From positions 10,953 through 74,952 of the forward strand of contig DXBC01000121.1 in NCBI GenBank assembly GCA_019116745.1: a stretch of DNA of 64,000 nucleotides, written 5' to 3'. The notes beneath the pieces were generated by a model. It was not told the origin of the DNA. It worked only from the letters and a program-made list of their open reading frames with translations, and made no database searches. Position 1 is the stretch's first letter, and each line of letters starts with the position of its first letter. Origin of the DNA: Candidatus Lachnoclostridium stercorigallinarum. Lineage in GTDB: Bacteria > Bacillota > Clostridia > Lachnospirales > Lachnospiraceae. Position numbers and translations under genes: made by a program. Positions 20,141 through 29,468 of this stretch are shown here, one piece after another.

Positions 20141-20695
20141 ATGGGAAAGATTAAAGTTACAACCTGTGATATTAAAGGACTCTGCGTAATTGAGCCCACG
20201 GTTTTTAAGGATGAGAGAGGCTATTTCATGGAGACCTACAATCAGAATGATTTTAAGGAAGCCGGTCTGGATATGGTCTTTGTGCAGGACAACCAGTCCA
20301 TGTCTGTGAGAGGCGTGCTGAGAGGTCTTCATTATCAGAAGCAGTTCCCCCAGGGCAAGCTGGTGCGCGTGGTGCGGGGCGAGGTCTTTGACGTGGCAGT
20401 GGATCTGCGGGCGGATTCCGAGACTTACGGAAAGTGGTTCGGAGTAACCCTTTCTGCGGACAATAAAAAACAGTTCTACATTCCGGAAGGCTTTGCCCAC
20501 GGATTCCTGGTGCTTTCCGACGAGGCAGAATTTGCCTACAAATGTACGGATTTCTACCATCCGGGAGACGAGGGCGGCATGGCCTGGAACGATCCGGATA
20601 TCGGCATCGAATGGCCTCTGCAGGACGGCGTGGAGCTGATCATCTCGGAAAAGGATCAAAAATGGGGCGGATTTAAGGACACCTTTAAGTTCTGA
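20141..20695 (+). CDS. rfbC: dTDP-4-dehydrorhamnose 3,5-epimerase
   Basis: DERGYF, QDNQS, GVLRGLHYQ, VFDVAVDLR, GFAHGF; ATG 20141 behind gagg. Confidence 0.96.
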   Translation: MGKIKVTTCDIKGLCVIEPTVFKDERGYFMETYNQNDFKEAGLDMVFVQDNQSMSVRGVLRGLHYQKQFPQGKLVRVVRGEVFDVAVDLRADSETYGKWFGVTLSADNKKQFYIPEGFAHGFLVLSDEAEFAYKCTDFYHPGDEGGMAWNDPDIGIEWPLQDGVELIISEKDQKWGGFKDTFKF

Positions 20696-20718
20696 CCGGT
20701 TGTGAGAGGAATTTTCGG

Positions 20719-21528
20719 ATGAAAGAAGTTATTTCCCTGCTGAGGGAGATCGTCAAAAGGCGGAAGCTGATCTGGGATCTGTCCAAAGCGGATTTTAGGA
20801 AGAGATTTGTGGGCTCTTATTTTGGCATCGTGTGGATGTTTGTGCAGCCGGTAGTGACAGTGCTCATCTATTTCTGCATCTTCCAGCTGGGTTTCAAGAG
20901 CGTGCCGCCGGTGCCTGGAGTTCCCTACGTGCTGTGGCTGGTGCCTGGCATTGTGCCATGGTTTTTCTTCAGCGAAGCTCTCAATACGGTAACAGGCTGT
21001 CTGCAGGAATACAGCTATCTGGTGAAGAAAGTGGTATTTCAGGTGGAGGTGCTGCCGGTGATCAAGCTGATCTCCAGCCTGATGGTTCACTGCTTTTTCG
21101 TGATTATCATGATTGTTATGGCCCTCTGCTACGGCCGGGCGCCCATGGCCACCTGGATTCAGGTGATCTATTACACCTTTGGGGCGTCCATGCTGGCTCT
21201 GGGAATCGGATACTTTACCTGCGCGGTGAACGTATTTTTCAAGGATATGGCTCAGATTGTGGGAATCTGCCTGCAGTTTGGCATGTGGCTGGTGCCCATC
21301 ATGTATCAGGAGTCCATGTTTGCGGATATTCCCATGGTGATGACGCTGCTGAAGTTCAACCCGTTTTACTACATTGTGGCGGGATACCGGGACAGCATCC
21401 TGACGGGACACTGGTTCTTTGAGCGCCCCACCATGACCCTGTATTTCTGGGTGGTGACCCTGGTGATTTTCTTTGTGGGCCTGAAGGTATTTAAGCGGCT
21501 GCGGCCCCATTTTTCCGATGTGCTGTAA
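20719..21528 (+). CDS. wzm: Polysaccharide ABC exporter permease (Wzm/RgpC)
   Basis: DFRKRFVGSYFG..W, GIVPWFFF, LVKKVVF, PIMY, NP, FSDVL. Confidence 0.92.
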   Translation: MKEVISLLREIVKRRKLIWDLSKADFRKRFVGSYFGIVWMFVQPVVTVLIYFCIFQLGFKSVPPVPGVPYVLWLVPGIVPWFFFSEALNTVTGCLQEYSYLVKKVVFQVEVLPVIKLISSLMVHCFFVIIMIVMALCYGRAPMATWIQVIYYTFGASMLALGIGYFTCAVNVFFKDMAQIVGICLQFGMWLVPIMYQESMFADIPMVMTLLKFNPFYYIVAGYRDSILTGHWFFERPTMTLYFWVVTLVIFFVGLKVFKRLRPHFSDVL

Positions 21529-21549
21529 GGCACGGACGAGGTTTGCGGA

Positions 21550-22152
21550 ATGTTAAAAGAAATTATAGTAAAAGCGCCTTCTGCGGAGGGCGCTCTTTCC
21601 ATATGCGTGGAAGTGATCTATTCCGGGCGTCGGACCCTGGGGCTGGAAGTGACTGCTGACGAAAGGGTGCTGGCCCGGGTTCCCAGGCGCGCCTCAGACC
21701 GGGCGGTGAGACAGTTTGTGGAGGAGAAAAAGGACTGGATCCTGGAAAAATACCTTCTCCAGAAAAGCAGAAATGAGAGACGGCAGGAAGCTGCCCGGGA
21801 CAGGGACTATGAGAAGGATCCGGCCCTGGAAGCCAGGTACCGGGAGCTGGCCCGTATGGTGATCGGCCAGCGGGTGTCCTGGTTTGCGGCAAAAATGGGA
21901 GTCACCTACGGCCGGATCTCCATTCGGGCCCAGAAGACCCGGTGGGGCAGCTGCAGCAGCCGGGGAAACTTAAATTTTAACTGGAAGCTGATTCTCATGC
22001 CCCCGGAGATTCTGGACTATGTAGTGGTCCACGAGCTGGCCCACAGAAAGCAGATGAACCACTCGAAGCTGTTCTGGGCAGAGGTGGAACAGATACTGCC
22101 GGACTATGAAACGAGGCGGCGGTGGCTGAAAGAGAACGGGGGAGGGGTGTGA
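21550..22152 (+). CDS. YgjP/DUF45 (M48-like) zinc-dependent hydrolase
   Basis: QKTRWGSCS, DYVVVHELAH, NHS..FW. Confidence 0.9.
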   Translation: MLKEIIVKAPSAEGALSICVEVIYSGRRTLGLEVTADERVLARVPRRASDRAVRQFVEEKKDWILEKYLLQKSRNERRQEAARDRDYEKDPALEARYRELARMVIGQRVSWFAAKMGVTYGRISIRAQKTRWGSCSSRGNLNFNWKLILMPPEILDYVVVHELAHRKQMNHSKLFWAEVEQILPDYETRRRWLKENGGGV

Positions 22153-22206
22153 GAAAGAAAAACTCCCCCGACCGCGCCGGCCAGTGTTACCGGAATCCCT
22201 TCGGCT

Positions 22207-22539
22207 TTAGAAAGACGACATCTGAAGCAGTGCCATGTCCGCCACATATAACACCACCCAGGCGGTGAGAAACCGGTATCTGTGATCATCCCTTATGGTA
22301 CGGAAATAGATGTAGAGGGGGATGAAAATCAGTCCGGAGATATAGATATAGAGGGGATATTCCCGGGTTTTTCTGTTTTTGAAATAGTCATAGGATACAA
22401 AGAATATATTTAATCCAAATACAATTACAGGTACAGCGGGGCTGTTTCCCAGCGATGCGTGCAGAATCAGGGACGCAAGCAGCGGAATGACGGACAGCAG
22501 CCAGGCAGACAGATCTTCTTTTTCCATAATATTCTCCAT
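22207..22539 (-). CDS. Small hypothetical membrane protein downstream of the DeoR gene
   Basis: 110 aa with about four hydrophobic segments, starts 6 bp after the DeoR stop on the same strand. Confidence 0.6.
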   Translation of the reverse strand: MENIMEKEDLSAWLLSVIPLLASLILHASLGNSPAVPVIVFGLNIFFVSYDYFKNRKTREYPLYIYISGLIFIPLYIYFRTIRDDHRYRFLTAWVVLYVADMALLQMSSF

Positions 22540-22545
22540 TTCTTT

Positions 22546-23316
22546 TTACGCAAGTATGATTTCAATTCCCTGTTCTCTCAGCTTGTCAATGTTTTCTTTA
22601 TTTTCCTCAGTTTCCACAGTTATGATCGTGTCTATCTCGCGAAAGTCGCAGAACGGGTAAAAACCGCTGGACAAAAACTTGGAAGAGTCGATGAGCAGCA
22701 CTACCTTGTTGGAAACCTGAACCATTTTCTGCTTGATATCCAGAAGGAAGGGCGTCGATATGGTGGGCCCGGTGGTATGAAGAATGCCGCAGGAGCCGAT
22801 AAAGGCAATATCTGCGTGGATCCCAGAAAAGAATTCCTTTGTCTGCACGCCATAGATGGTCTTGCTGTAGTGATGAACGACGCCCGGCGGCATGGAGACT
22901 GTGGAAAAATTGGACAGGGAAAGGGCGACATCCAGGCCGTTGGTGATGATACAGCTGTTGTTGAGCTCCTTATGGACGTTCAGCTCTTTTGCCAGTTCCA
23001 GAATCGTGGTTCCTGAATCCAGCAGAATAGAATAATGATTGTCTATCATCTGAAGAGCGCGCTTTGCGATTCGCTGCTTCTCAGACTGGAACATGCCGAT
23101 CCTGTACCGATTGTCGTCGTTGTTGTAATCTTCGTTTAGAAAAGCATATCCGCGGGAGCGCCGTATCTGGTGATTCGCCTCAAGCTCCAGCAGATCCCTT
23201 CTTATGGTGGTGGGAGTCACGGAAAAGAGCTTTGACAGCTCATCTACCGCTACCGCCTTTTTCTGAAGCAGGAGCTTCATGATGGCGTCCTGCCTGTAAT
23301 TTCCCTTATTGGCCAT
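22546..23316 (-). CDS. DeoR/GlpR family transcriptional regulator
   Basis: ELSKLFSVTPTTIRRDL HTH, EKQRIA, LDSGTT, ITN, DSSKF; RBS aaaggagg. Confidence 0.93.
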   Translation of the reverse strand: MANKGNYRQDAIMKLLLQKKAVAVDELSKLFSVTPTTIRRDLLELEANHQIRRSRGYAFLNEDYNNDDNRYRIGMFQSEKQRIAKRALQMIDNHYSILLDSGTTILELAKELNVHKELNNSCIITNGLDVALSLSNFSTVSMPPGVVHHYSKTIYGVQTKEFFSGIHADIAFIGSCGILHTTGPTISTPFLLDIKQKMVQVSNKVVLLIDSSKFLSSGFYPFCDFREIDTIITVETEENKENIDKLREQGIEIILA

Positions 23317-23637
23317 GTCGTTCCTCCTTTAAAGAACCCCCATTCAATCCGGCTGCGGGGGGCGGCGCCGTATATTTTGGTGAGGTGCTGTGATTTAATC
23401 ATAGTATAACATGAAACAACTTTATAGTAAATAACGAACATTTGATTTCGAACAAAAAAGTGCGCAAAAATTATCAGATAATGAATTTGCGTGAGTATTA
23501 TTGACGATAATATGCGTAATGTGTTATATAAAATTATAGAAAAAGTACAAAGCACGACATAAAAAGAAAAAATAAAACGAATATATTTTTCTTTTATGAA
23601 CATTAAAACGCAAAAAAGAAATGGAGAAAACGAAAAA
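23317..23637. promoter_or_regulatory. AT-rich divergent promoter region (deoR / btpA operon) with candidate operator repeats
   Basis: TTGACG at 23501 followed by TG-T-TATATA at 23522-23530; repeated CGAACA/CGAATA/TGAACA motifs. Confidence 0.55.
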
Positions 23638-24447
23638 ATGTTTCAAGAAGCTCGCCAAAACAATCAGAAACTGATATTCGGGCTCATTCATCTGAAGCCT
23701 ATGCCCGGGACGCCGTTTTATAAGGAAGGAGATTATGAGGCGTCCATTGAAAAGGCGGTAAAGGACGCCAAGGCCCTGGAAAACGGCGGAGCGTCCGGCT
23801 GCCTGATACAGACGGTGGATAAGGTCTATCCCACCGGGGATGACAGCGACTACGTCAGAGCGACCTGCCTGGCAGTCATCGCAAATGAAGTGAAAAAACA
23901 TGTGGGGGCGGATTTCAAAATCGGAGTTCAGCTTATGTGGAACTGCATCACGCCGTCCATTGCAGCGGCAAAGGCAGTGAACGCAGATTATACCAGATGT
24001 ACGGCCCTTGTGGGACAGACCTCCTCGCCTTTTGGAGGCGTGATCAATGCGGATCCCCTGAAAGTGCTGGAATACAGGAAAAAGATAGACGCGGAAAATG
24101 TGGAGCTGCTGGCGGAAATCGCAGGCTATCATTTCCACGGCGGATATGATAAGGAAGCCCTGCTCAGCCGTGTAAGCTCGGCTGTGATGGTGAGAGCCAA
24201 TGCGGTGGAGATCATGAGCAAGGACGAAGAACTGAACAACCGTATGGAACTGGACATCAGGGCGGCATATCCCGATCTTCCCATCATCCTGGGAGGAGGC
24301 ACTGATGTGGAAAGCGCGGCTTCCCGGTTGAAAAACGCGGACGGCGCTCTCGTAGGAAGATGCTTTGAGGGGAATAACTGGGGAGGCGGCATAGATGAAG
24401 CCATCGTCGCCGCTTATATGAAAGAAGTAAGAAGCATTTCGGGTTAA
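23638..24447 (+). CDS. BtpA/SgcQ family TIM-barrel protein (divergent)
   Basis: GLIHLKPMPGTP, DAKALENGG, LGGG, ADGALVG; ATG 23638 behind ggag. Confidence 0.85.
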   Translation: MFQEARQNNQKLIFGLIHLKPMPGTPFYKEGDYEASIEKAVKDAKALENGGASGCLIQTVDKVYPTGDDSDYVRATCLAVIANEVKKHVGADFKIGVQLMWNCITPSIAAAKAVNADYTRCTALVGQTSSPFGGVINADPLKVLEYRKKIDAENVELLAEIAGYHFHGGYDKEALLSRVSSAVMVRANAVEIMSKDEELNNRMELDIRAAYPDLPIILGGGTDVESAASRLKNADGALVGRCFEGNNWGGGIDEAIVAAYMKEVRSISG

Positions 24448-24568
24448 GTACAACAATACCGATGGCTGAAATGGGGAAATGTTAGCAAAAATTCCGCTTC
24501 CGGACCTGCCTTCTGCACAGAGTCCGGGGCGGGGAATTTAAAAAAATATTTATAAGGAGGAAAAAGAT

Positions 24569-25765
24569 ATGAAAAAACGTTTTGTGGGACTTTTGGCGGC
24601 GGGTATGCTTGCGGCGACGCTTGCAGGCTGCGGGGGGTCGACAGAAGAAACTACAGCGGCAAATGCGGCTGCAGGGACAACCGCAGAAGAGGGAGCGGAG
24701 ACTTCCGGTGAGAATACGGATTCTCCGGAGGGCAAAAAGCTGCTGTTCTTTGCTTTCCAGAACATCGGTGACTACGGAACCAACGACCTGGGATATTATG
24801 CGGCTCAGGAGATTGCAGAAAAGTATGACATTGAGATGACCCTGGTGGAAGGCGGAATGGACGCATCCACGAGAACCACAACGCTTCTGGATGCCATTGA
24901 GACAGGCGGATATGACTATGTAATCAGCTCCAGCTGGTATATTCAGGATGATCTGCTGGCCAATGTGGACAGATTCCCGGATATGAAGTTTATCCTCTAT
25001 GATACGGCTCCCACCCTGGATCTGAGCGAGTATCCCAATGTGTTCGGCGTAAGCTTCAGACAGGACGAAGGATCCTTCCTTACCGCTATTTACCAGTGCC
25101 TGATGTCCGAAAACCACAAGATCGGCGCAGCGGCCAACCAGGACTCCCCGATCCTCAACGACTTCGTGACCGGCTGGCTGGCAGGCGTGAAGTACTACAA
25201 CGACAATATGGCGGCAGACGGCGAAGAAGTTGAGTACAACATCGCCTACTATTCTGATCAGACCGTTCAGGGCGCTTATGAGACCGTAAACGTACTTTAC
25301 AACAACGGCTGTGATGTGGTTTACAACATCGGCGGAAGCTATTGCGTAGGCGCATTAAATGCCTGCTCTGAGCACGGCGGAATCGAGAATGGCCAGTATC
25401 TGATCGGTGTTGATTACGACCAGTATACCACCTTTGCAAATGCAGAAACTGAAGTGGCCGGCTATGAGAACCTTGTAACCTCCATGGAGAAGAGAATCAC
25501 AGAGTGCTGCGTACTTGCATTTGACGGAATCGTGAGCGGCGATATGGAAATGGGCAACCACAGATTCGGCGTTGCAGACGGCGGTACAGGACTTGCGTAC
25601 AACGAGAACTACTACGCTCATACTCCTGAGGACGTTCAGAACACCATAACTGAAATTGAGCAGAAGATCGCCAACGGCGAGATCGTAGTGCCCAGCTATT
25701 ATGATCTTCCGGACTATGATACCTTTGCACAGTTCAGAGATGATCCTGACTATCGTTTACAGTAA
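24569..25765 (+). CDS. BMP-family ABC transporter substrate-binding lipoprotein (nucleoside/sugar type)
   Basis: Lipobox LAGC, IGDYGTND, FRQDEGSF, GCDVVY, IGVDYDQ, TSMEK, IANGEIVVP. Confidence 0.9.
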   Translation: MKKRFVGLLAAGMLAATLAGCGGSTEETTAANAAAGTTAEEGAETSGENTDSPEGKKLLFFAFQNIGDYGTNDLGYYAAQEIAEKYDIEMTLVEGGMDASTRTTTLLDAIETGGYDYVISSSWYIQDDLLANVDRFPDMKFILYDTAPTLDLSEYPNVFGVSFRQDEGSFLTAIYQCLMSENHKIGAAANQDSPILNDFVTGWLAGVKYYNDNMAADGEEVEYNIAYYSDQTVQGAYETVNVLYNNGCDVVYNIGGSYCVGALNACSEHGGIENGQYLIGVDYDQYTTFANAETEVAGYENLVTSMEKRITECCVLAFDGIVSGDMEMGNHRFGVADGGTGLAYNENYYAHTPEDVQNTITEIEQKIANGEIVVPSYYDLPDYDTFAQFRDDPDYRLQ

Positions 25766-25802
25766 TCGCAATTAGGCAAATCGTAATTAAGCAAATTTTC
25801 AT

Positions 25803-25833
25803 AGGGCTGCCGCGGGGTTGGCGGCAGCCCTTT
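25803..25833 (+). terminator. Stem-loop after the binding-protein gene (partial terminator or mRNA stabiliser)
   Basis: agggctgccgc / gcggcagccct perfect 11 bp stem, short T-run. Confidence 0.7.
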
Positions 25834-25855
25834 AAGATTGAAGACAGGTGGAGTG

Positions 25856-27406
25856 ATGGCAAAAGAACTTTTAAAAATGGAAGGGATAACGAAAATTTAC
25901 GGTAATGGATTTATGGCCAACAAGGACATCACCTTTACGGTAAATGAAGGAGAAATCCACGCGCTGATCGGAGAAAACGGCGCTGGCAAGACGACTCTCA
26001 TGAAGATACTTTTCGGTCTTGAAAATTGTCAGCAGGGAAAAATCTATCTCAACGGAGAAGAAGCGCACATAGAGAATCCGCTGGACGCCATTGCAAAAGG
26101 CGTCGGTATGGTACACCAGCACTTCATGCTGGTACCGAATCTGAGTGTAGCGGAAAATGTGGTTCTCGGCATTGAACCGGGACCGGGACAGATATTTGAC
26201 AAGAAGACGGCCATCCGCATGACGGAAGAGGCGTCGGAAAAATTTCAGCTCAAGGTAGATCCGAATGCCCTTGTACGAGATATCAGCGTGGGGTTAAAGC
26301 AGAAGGTAGAGCTTCTCAAGGCGCTGATCCGCGGAGCAAAGGTATTAATTCTGGACGAACCGACGGCTGTGCTGACTCCCCAGGAAGTAAGGGAGCTGTT
26401 TGTTCAGCTCAAGTCGCTGAAGGAGAGCGGCTACGGCATTATTTTTATTTCTCACAAACTGGACGAGGTTATGGAACTCTGTGATTCGGCCACTGTACTG
26501 AGACATGGAAGAGTCACCGGTTTCGTAAAAAAAGAGGAGATGAATGAGCTTCTGCTTTCAAAGCTGATTGTGGGAAGAGATGTGGTAAGCACCATTGAAA
26601 AGAGCGAGAGCACCGTGGGCGATACGGTTCTGAAAATACGAAATGTCACTTACGTGGACGACATCGGGAAAAAACTGGTGGATGACGTCTCTTTCGGCGT
26701 CAGAGCCGGCGAGATTGTGGGCATTGCAGGCGTGGAGGGAAACGGACAGAACGAGATTTCCGAAATTATAACCGGTCTGCTGCACATGACAAAAGGAACG
26801 GTGAGCATAAACGGCACGGAAACCACCGGCCTGAACATCGCTCAGATCAGAAAACTGGGTCTTGCACATATTTCAGAGGACCGTATGACCTATGGATGTG
26901 CTCAGGATATGTCCATATACGACAACCTCTCATCCATCTACCTGGACAATCCCAAATTCACAAAGGGCGTTTTCGTAAACCAGAAGATACTGGATCAGTA
27001 TGTGAAAGACTGTATCGAAGAGTTTGAAATCGCCTGTGATTCTGAGAAGAGTCCGGTGAGGATGCTTTCAGGAGGAAATATACAGAAGGTAATCGTGGCC
27101 AGGGAGTTTACCAGCGGAGCCAATATCATTATCGCGAATCAGCCTACCAGAGGCATCGACGTGGGTACCGCTTCCCTGATACACAAACTTCTGCAGAAAT
27201 ATACCAGAGAAAAGGGATTCGCCGTTCTTCTGATTTCTTCAGACCTGAACGAAGTTATGAACCTCTCAGACAGGCTGCTGATTATGAGAGACGGCAGAAT
27301 TGCCGCACATTTCACGGATATGAAAAAGGTAAATGACGAGCTGATGGGCGAGTATATGCTTGGCATCAGAAAAATGAGTGAAGAGGAAAGGGGGGAGCTG
27401 TATTGA
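25856..27406 (+). CDS. ABC transporter ATP-binding protein, tandem-domain sugar/nucleoside type
   Basis: GENGAGKT, MVHQHF, LDEPT, ISHKL, GVEGNGQ, LSGGNIQK, QPTRGID. Confidence 0.94.
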   Translation: MAKELLKMEGITKIYGNGFMANKDITFTVNEGEIHALIGENGAGKTTLMKILFGLENCQQGKIYLNGEEAHIENPLDAIAKGVGMVHQHFMLVPNLSVAENVVLGIEPGPGQIFDKKTAIRMTEEASEKFQLKVDPNALVRDISVGLKQKVELLKALIRGAKVLILDEPTAVLTPQEVRELFVQLKSLKESGYGIIFISHKLDEVMELCDSATVLRHGRVTGFVKKEEMNELLLSKLIVGRDVVSTIEKSESTVGDTVLKIRNVTYVDDIGKKLVDDVSFGVRAGEIVGIAGVEGNGQNEISEIITGLLHMTKGTVSINGTETTGLNIAQIRKLGLAHISEDRMTYGCAQDMSIYDNLSSIYLDNPKFTKGVFVNQKILDQYVKDCIEEFEIACDSEKSPVRMLSGGNIQKVIVAREFTSGANIIIANQPTRGIDVGTASLIHKLLQKYTREKGFAVLLISSDLNEVMNLSDRLLIMRDGRIAAHFTDMKKVNDELMGEYMLGIRKMSEEERGELY

Positions 27407-28500
27407 AAAAGGTACAGAGAGTCGAGGCTTTGTTTGAATTTCTGCGGGTAGTGCTGGGTCTTCTTCTGGCGTATGTGATCACGCTGGTGATTATTATTCT
27501 GACCTCTGACGTGTCCCCTCAGGAAGTAATAACGAATTTCGTTTTGGGCCCCTTTACCACGCCCAGACGTTTCGGACAGCTCATGGGAAAATTTATTCCC
27601 TATGTGCTGGGCGGCTGCGGAATGTGCTTTATCTATGGCTGCGGACGCTTCAATCTTATCGGCGAGGGAGTTGTGAACTTTGCCCCTGCGGTAGCCTGTA
27701 TTGTACTGTTTAATACTCCCATATTCAATAATCTGCCGTGGATTGCCGGAGTAGGGCTGCTGCTTATAATCTGCTGTGCAGTGGGCGGCGGCCTGGCCAT
27801 GATACCTGCGGTGGGAAGAGAGAAACTGAAGATCTCCGAGATGGTTACTTCCATTATCATGAACTATATGCTTCTCTATCTCTCCCTCTGGTTCCTGAAG
27901 ATTTTCTTCGCGGACCGGTCGCAGGCATTCCTGTGCAGCCCCATGTATCCGGACAACGCCAGCTTCTTCCAGATCTGGGAGGGAACCAATCTCCATGCGG
28001 GAATCTTTGTCAGCATCATCGGCTGGATTGTGGCCTGCCTGATGTTCAACCGCATGAGAATCGGCGTAAAAATCAGAATCTGCGGCTCCAACGGAATGTT
28101 TGCAAGATATTCCGGACTGAACACAACGAAGATCGTACTGATCGCTCAGCTTATAGGCGGTATCTACGCCGGAGCGGCAGCCTGTGTGGACGCGTTTGGA
28201 ATGTATACCAGATATCAGTACAGCGTACTGACCAACATCGGAATGGACGCCCTGGTAGTTGCAGTTATCGCGAGAAAGAAACCCATATTTATCCCGCTTT
28301 CCGCGTTTGTACTGGCATATATCAGAACGTCGGCAGTTGTGCTGAACCTCTCGACCAACATTCCGATCGAGTTCGTAAACATGATGCAGGCAGTGCTGAT
28401 CTTCTTCGTGGCAGCGCAGAGCTTCTTAAAGAAGTCGAAGGAGAAGGCAATCTATAAAATTTCCATGGAAGAAAACAAGGAGAAAGGAGCGGTGGTATGA
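27403..28500 (+). CDS. ABC transporter permease 1 (nucleoside-type)
   Basis: FNLIGEG, SEMVTSIIMNY, G.N..FARYSG; overlaps the ATPase stop. Confidence 0.9.
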   Translation: MKKVQRVEALFEFLRVVLGLLLAYVITLVIIILTSDVSPQEVITNFVLGPFTTPRRFGQLMGKFIPYVLGGCGMCFIYGCGRFNLIGEGVVNFAPAVACIVLFNTPIFNNLPWIAGVGLLLIICCAVGGGLAMIPAVGREKLKISEMVTSIIMNYMLLYLSLWFLKIFFADRSQAFLCSPMYPDNASFFQIWEGTNLHAGIFVSIIGWIVACLMFNRMRIGVKIRICGSNGMFARYSGLNTTKIVLIAQLIGGIYAGAAACVDAFGMYTRYQYSVLTNIGMDALVVAVIARKKPIFIPLSAFVLAYIRTSAVVLNLSTNIPIEFVNMMQAVLIFFVAAQSFLKKSKEKAIYKISMEENKEKGAVV

Positions 28501-29450
28501 GTTTGGAATATATCGAGACATTTCTGTTCTCGGCAGTCAGAATCGCTACTCCCATCATGTATGTGGCTCTCTGCTCCACCATAGCTTTGCAGGGAGGCCT
28601 TACCAATATGGCGGCTGAGTCCATGATGCTGATTTCGGCAGTTACGGGAGTTATCTTCTCGGCAATTACCCAGAATCTGCTCATCGGTATCCTGGCCGGC
28701 ATGATGAGCTCGATTCTCATCACTCTGTTTCTCTGCTTTGCCGCGTTTGTCATGAAGGTGGACCTGTACCTAATGTCCATCGCTCTGAACACGGCCATGA
28801 GCGGCGCCACGATTTACATTATGTATGTGACCACAGGCAACAAGGCCAATACGGCAGGATATTTCGCCTCCCTTCAGATGCCTGACATCAACATTCCCAT
28901 CATAGAAGATATTCCCATTATAGGAAGTATTCTGTCGGGACACAATGGATTTACCTATCTGGCAGTGGTCATGATATTTGTAGTGTGGTTTATTATCTTC
29001 CGCACAAAACTGGGCCTGAGAATCCGTGCCGTGGGACAGAATCCTCAGGCGGCGGAATCCGTGGGAATCAATCCCAGCAAGATTTACACCATCGCTTTTG
29101 TGATGGCCAGCGCCATCGCAAGCCTTGGCGGTATGTTCCTTTCCATGGGATATCAGAATATGTTTATCAGGGATATGACAGGAGGAAAGGGATTCATCGG
29201 TATGGCGGCGGCTACCATCGCCGGAGCTTCGCCGGTAGGTTCCGCGCTGCTTGCAGTGGTATTCGGAGTGGCAGAGGCCGTGACCAACTACTCCAAGCTT
29301 TACATTACAGACGCGCAGTTTCTGTCGGCAATGCCGTACATTATCACCACAGTGCTGCTCTTTATACTTTCCTATATCCGTCTGAAGAATAATGAAAGCG
29401 ATATGAGAAAGAGAAAAGCGGCTGCTTTGAAGGCACATGAAAACGCTTAG
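28497..29450 (+). CDS. ABC transporter permease 2 (nucleoside-type)
   Basis: RIATP, TKLGLRIRAVGQNPQAAESVGI, GKGFI, MPY; ATGA overlap. Confidence 0.9.
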   Translation: MSLEYIETFLFSAVRIATPIMYVALCSTIALQGGLTNMAAESMMLISAVTGVIFSAITQNLLIGILAGMMSSILITLFLCFAAFVMKVDLYLMSIALNTAMSGATIYIMYVTTGNKANTAGYFASLQMPDINIPIIEDIPIIGSILSGHNGFTYLAVVMIFVVWFIIFRTKLGLRIRAVGQNPQAAESVGINPSKIYTIAFVMASAIASLGGMFLSMGYQNMFIRDMTGGKGFIGMAAATIAGASPVGSALLAVVFGVAEAVTNYSKLYITDAQFLSAMPYIITTVLLFILSYIRLKNNESDMRKRKAAALKAHENA

Positions 29451-29468
29451 GATACCGGAGGCTTAGTT

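Noticed and set aside
21550-22152. YgjP-like protein as part of an anti-phage or restriction system
   Set aside because: No hsd or other defence genes nearby; it appears as a stand-alone gene after wzm
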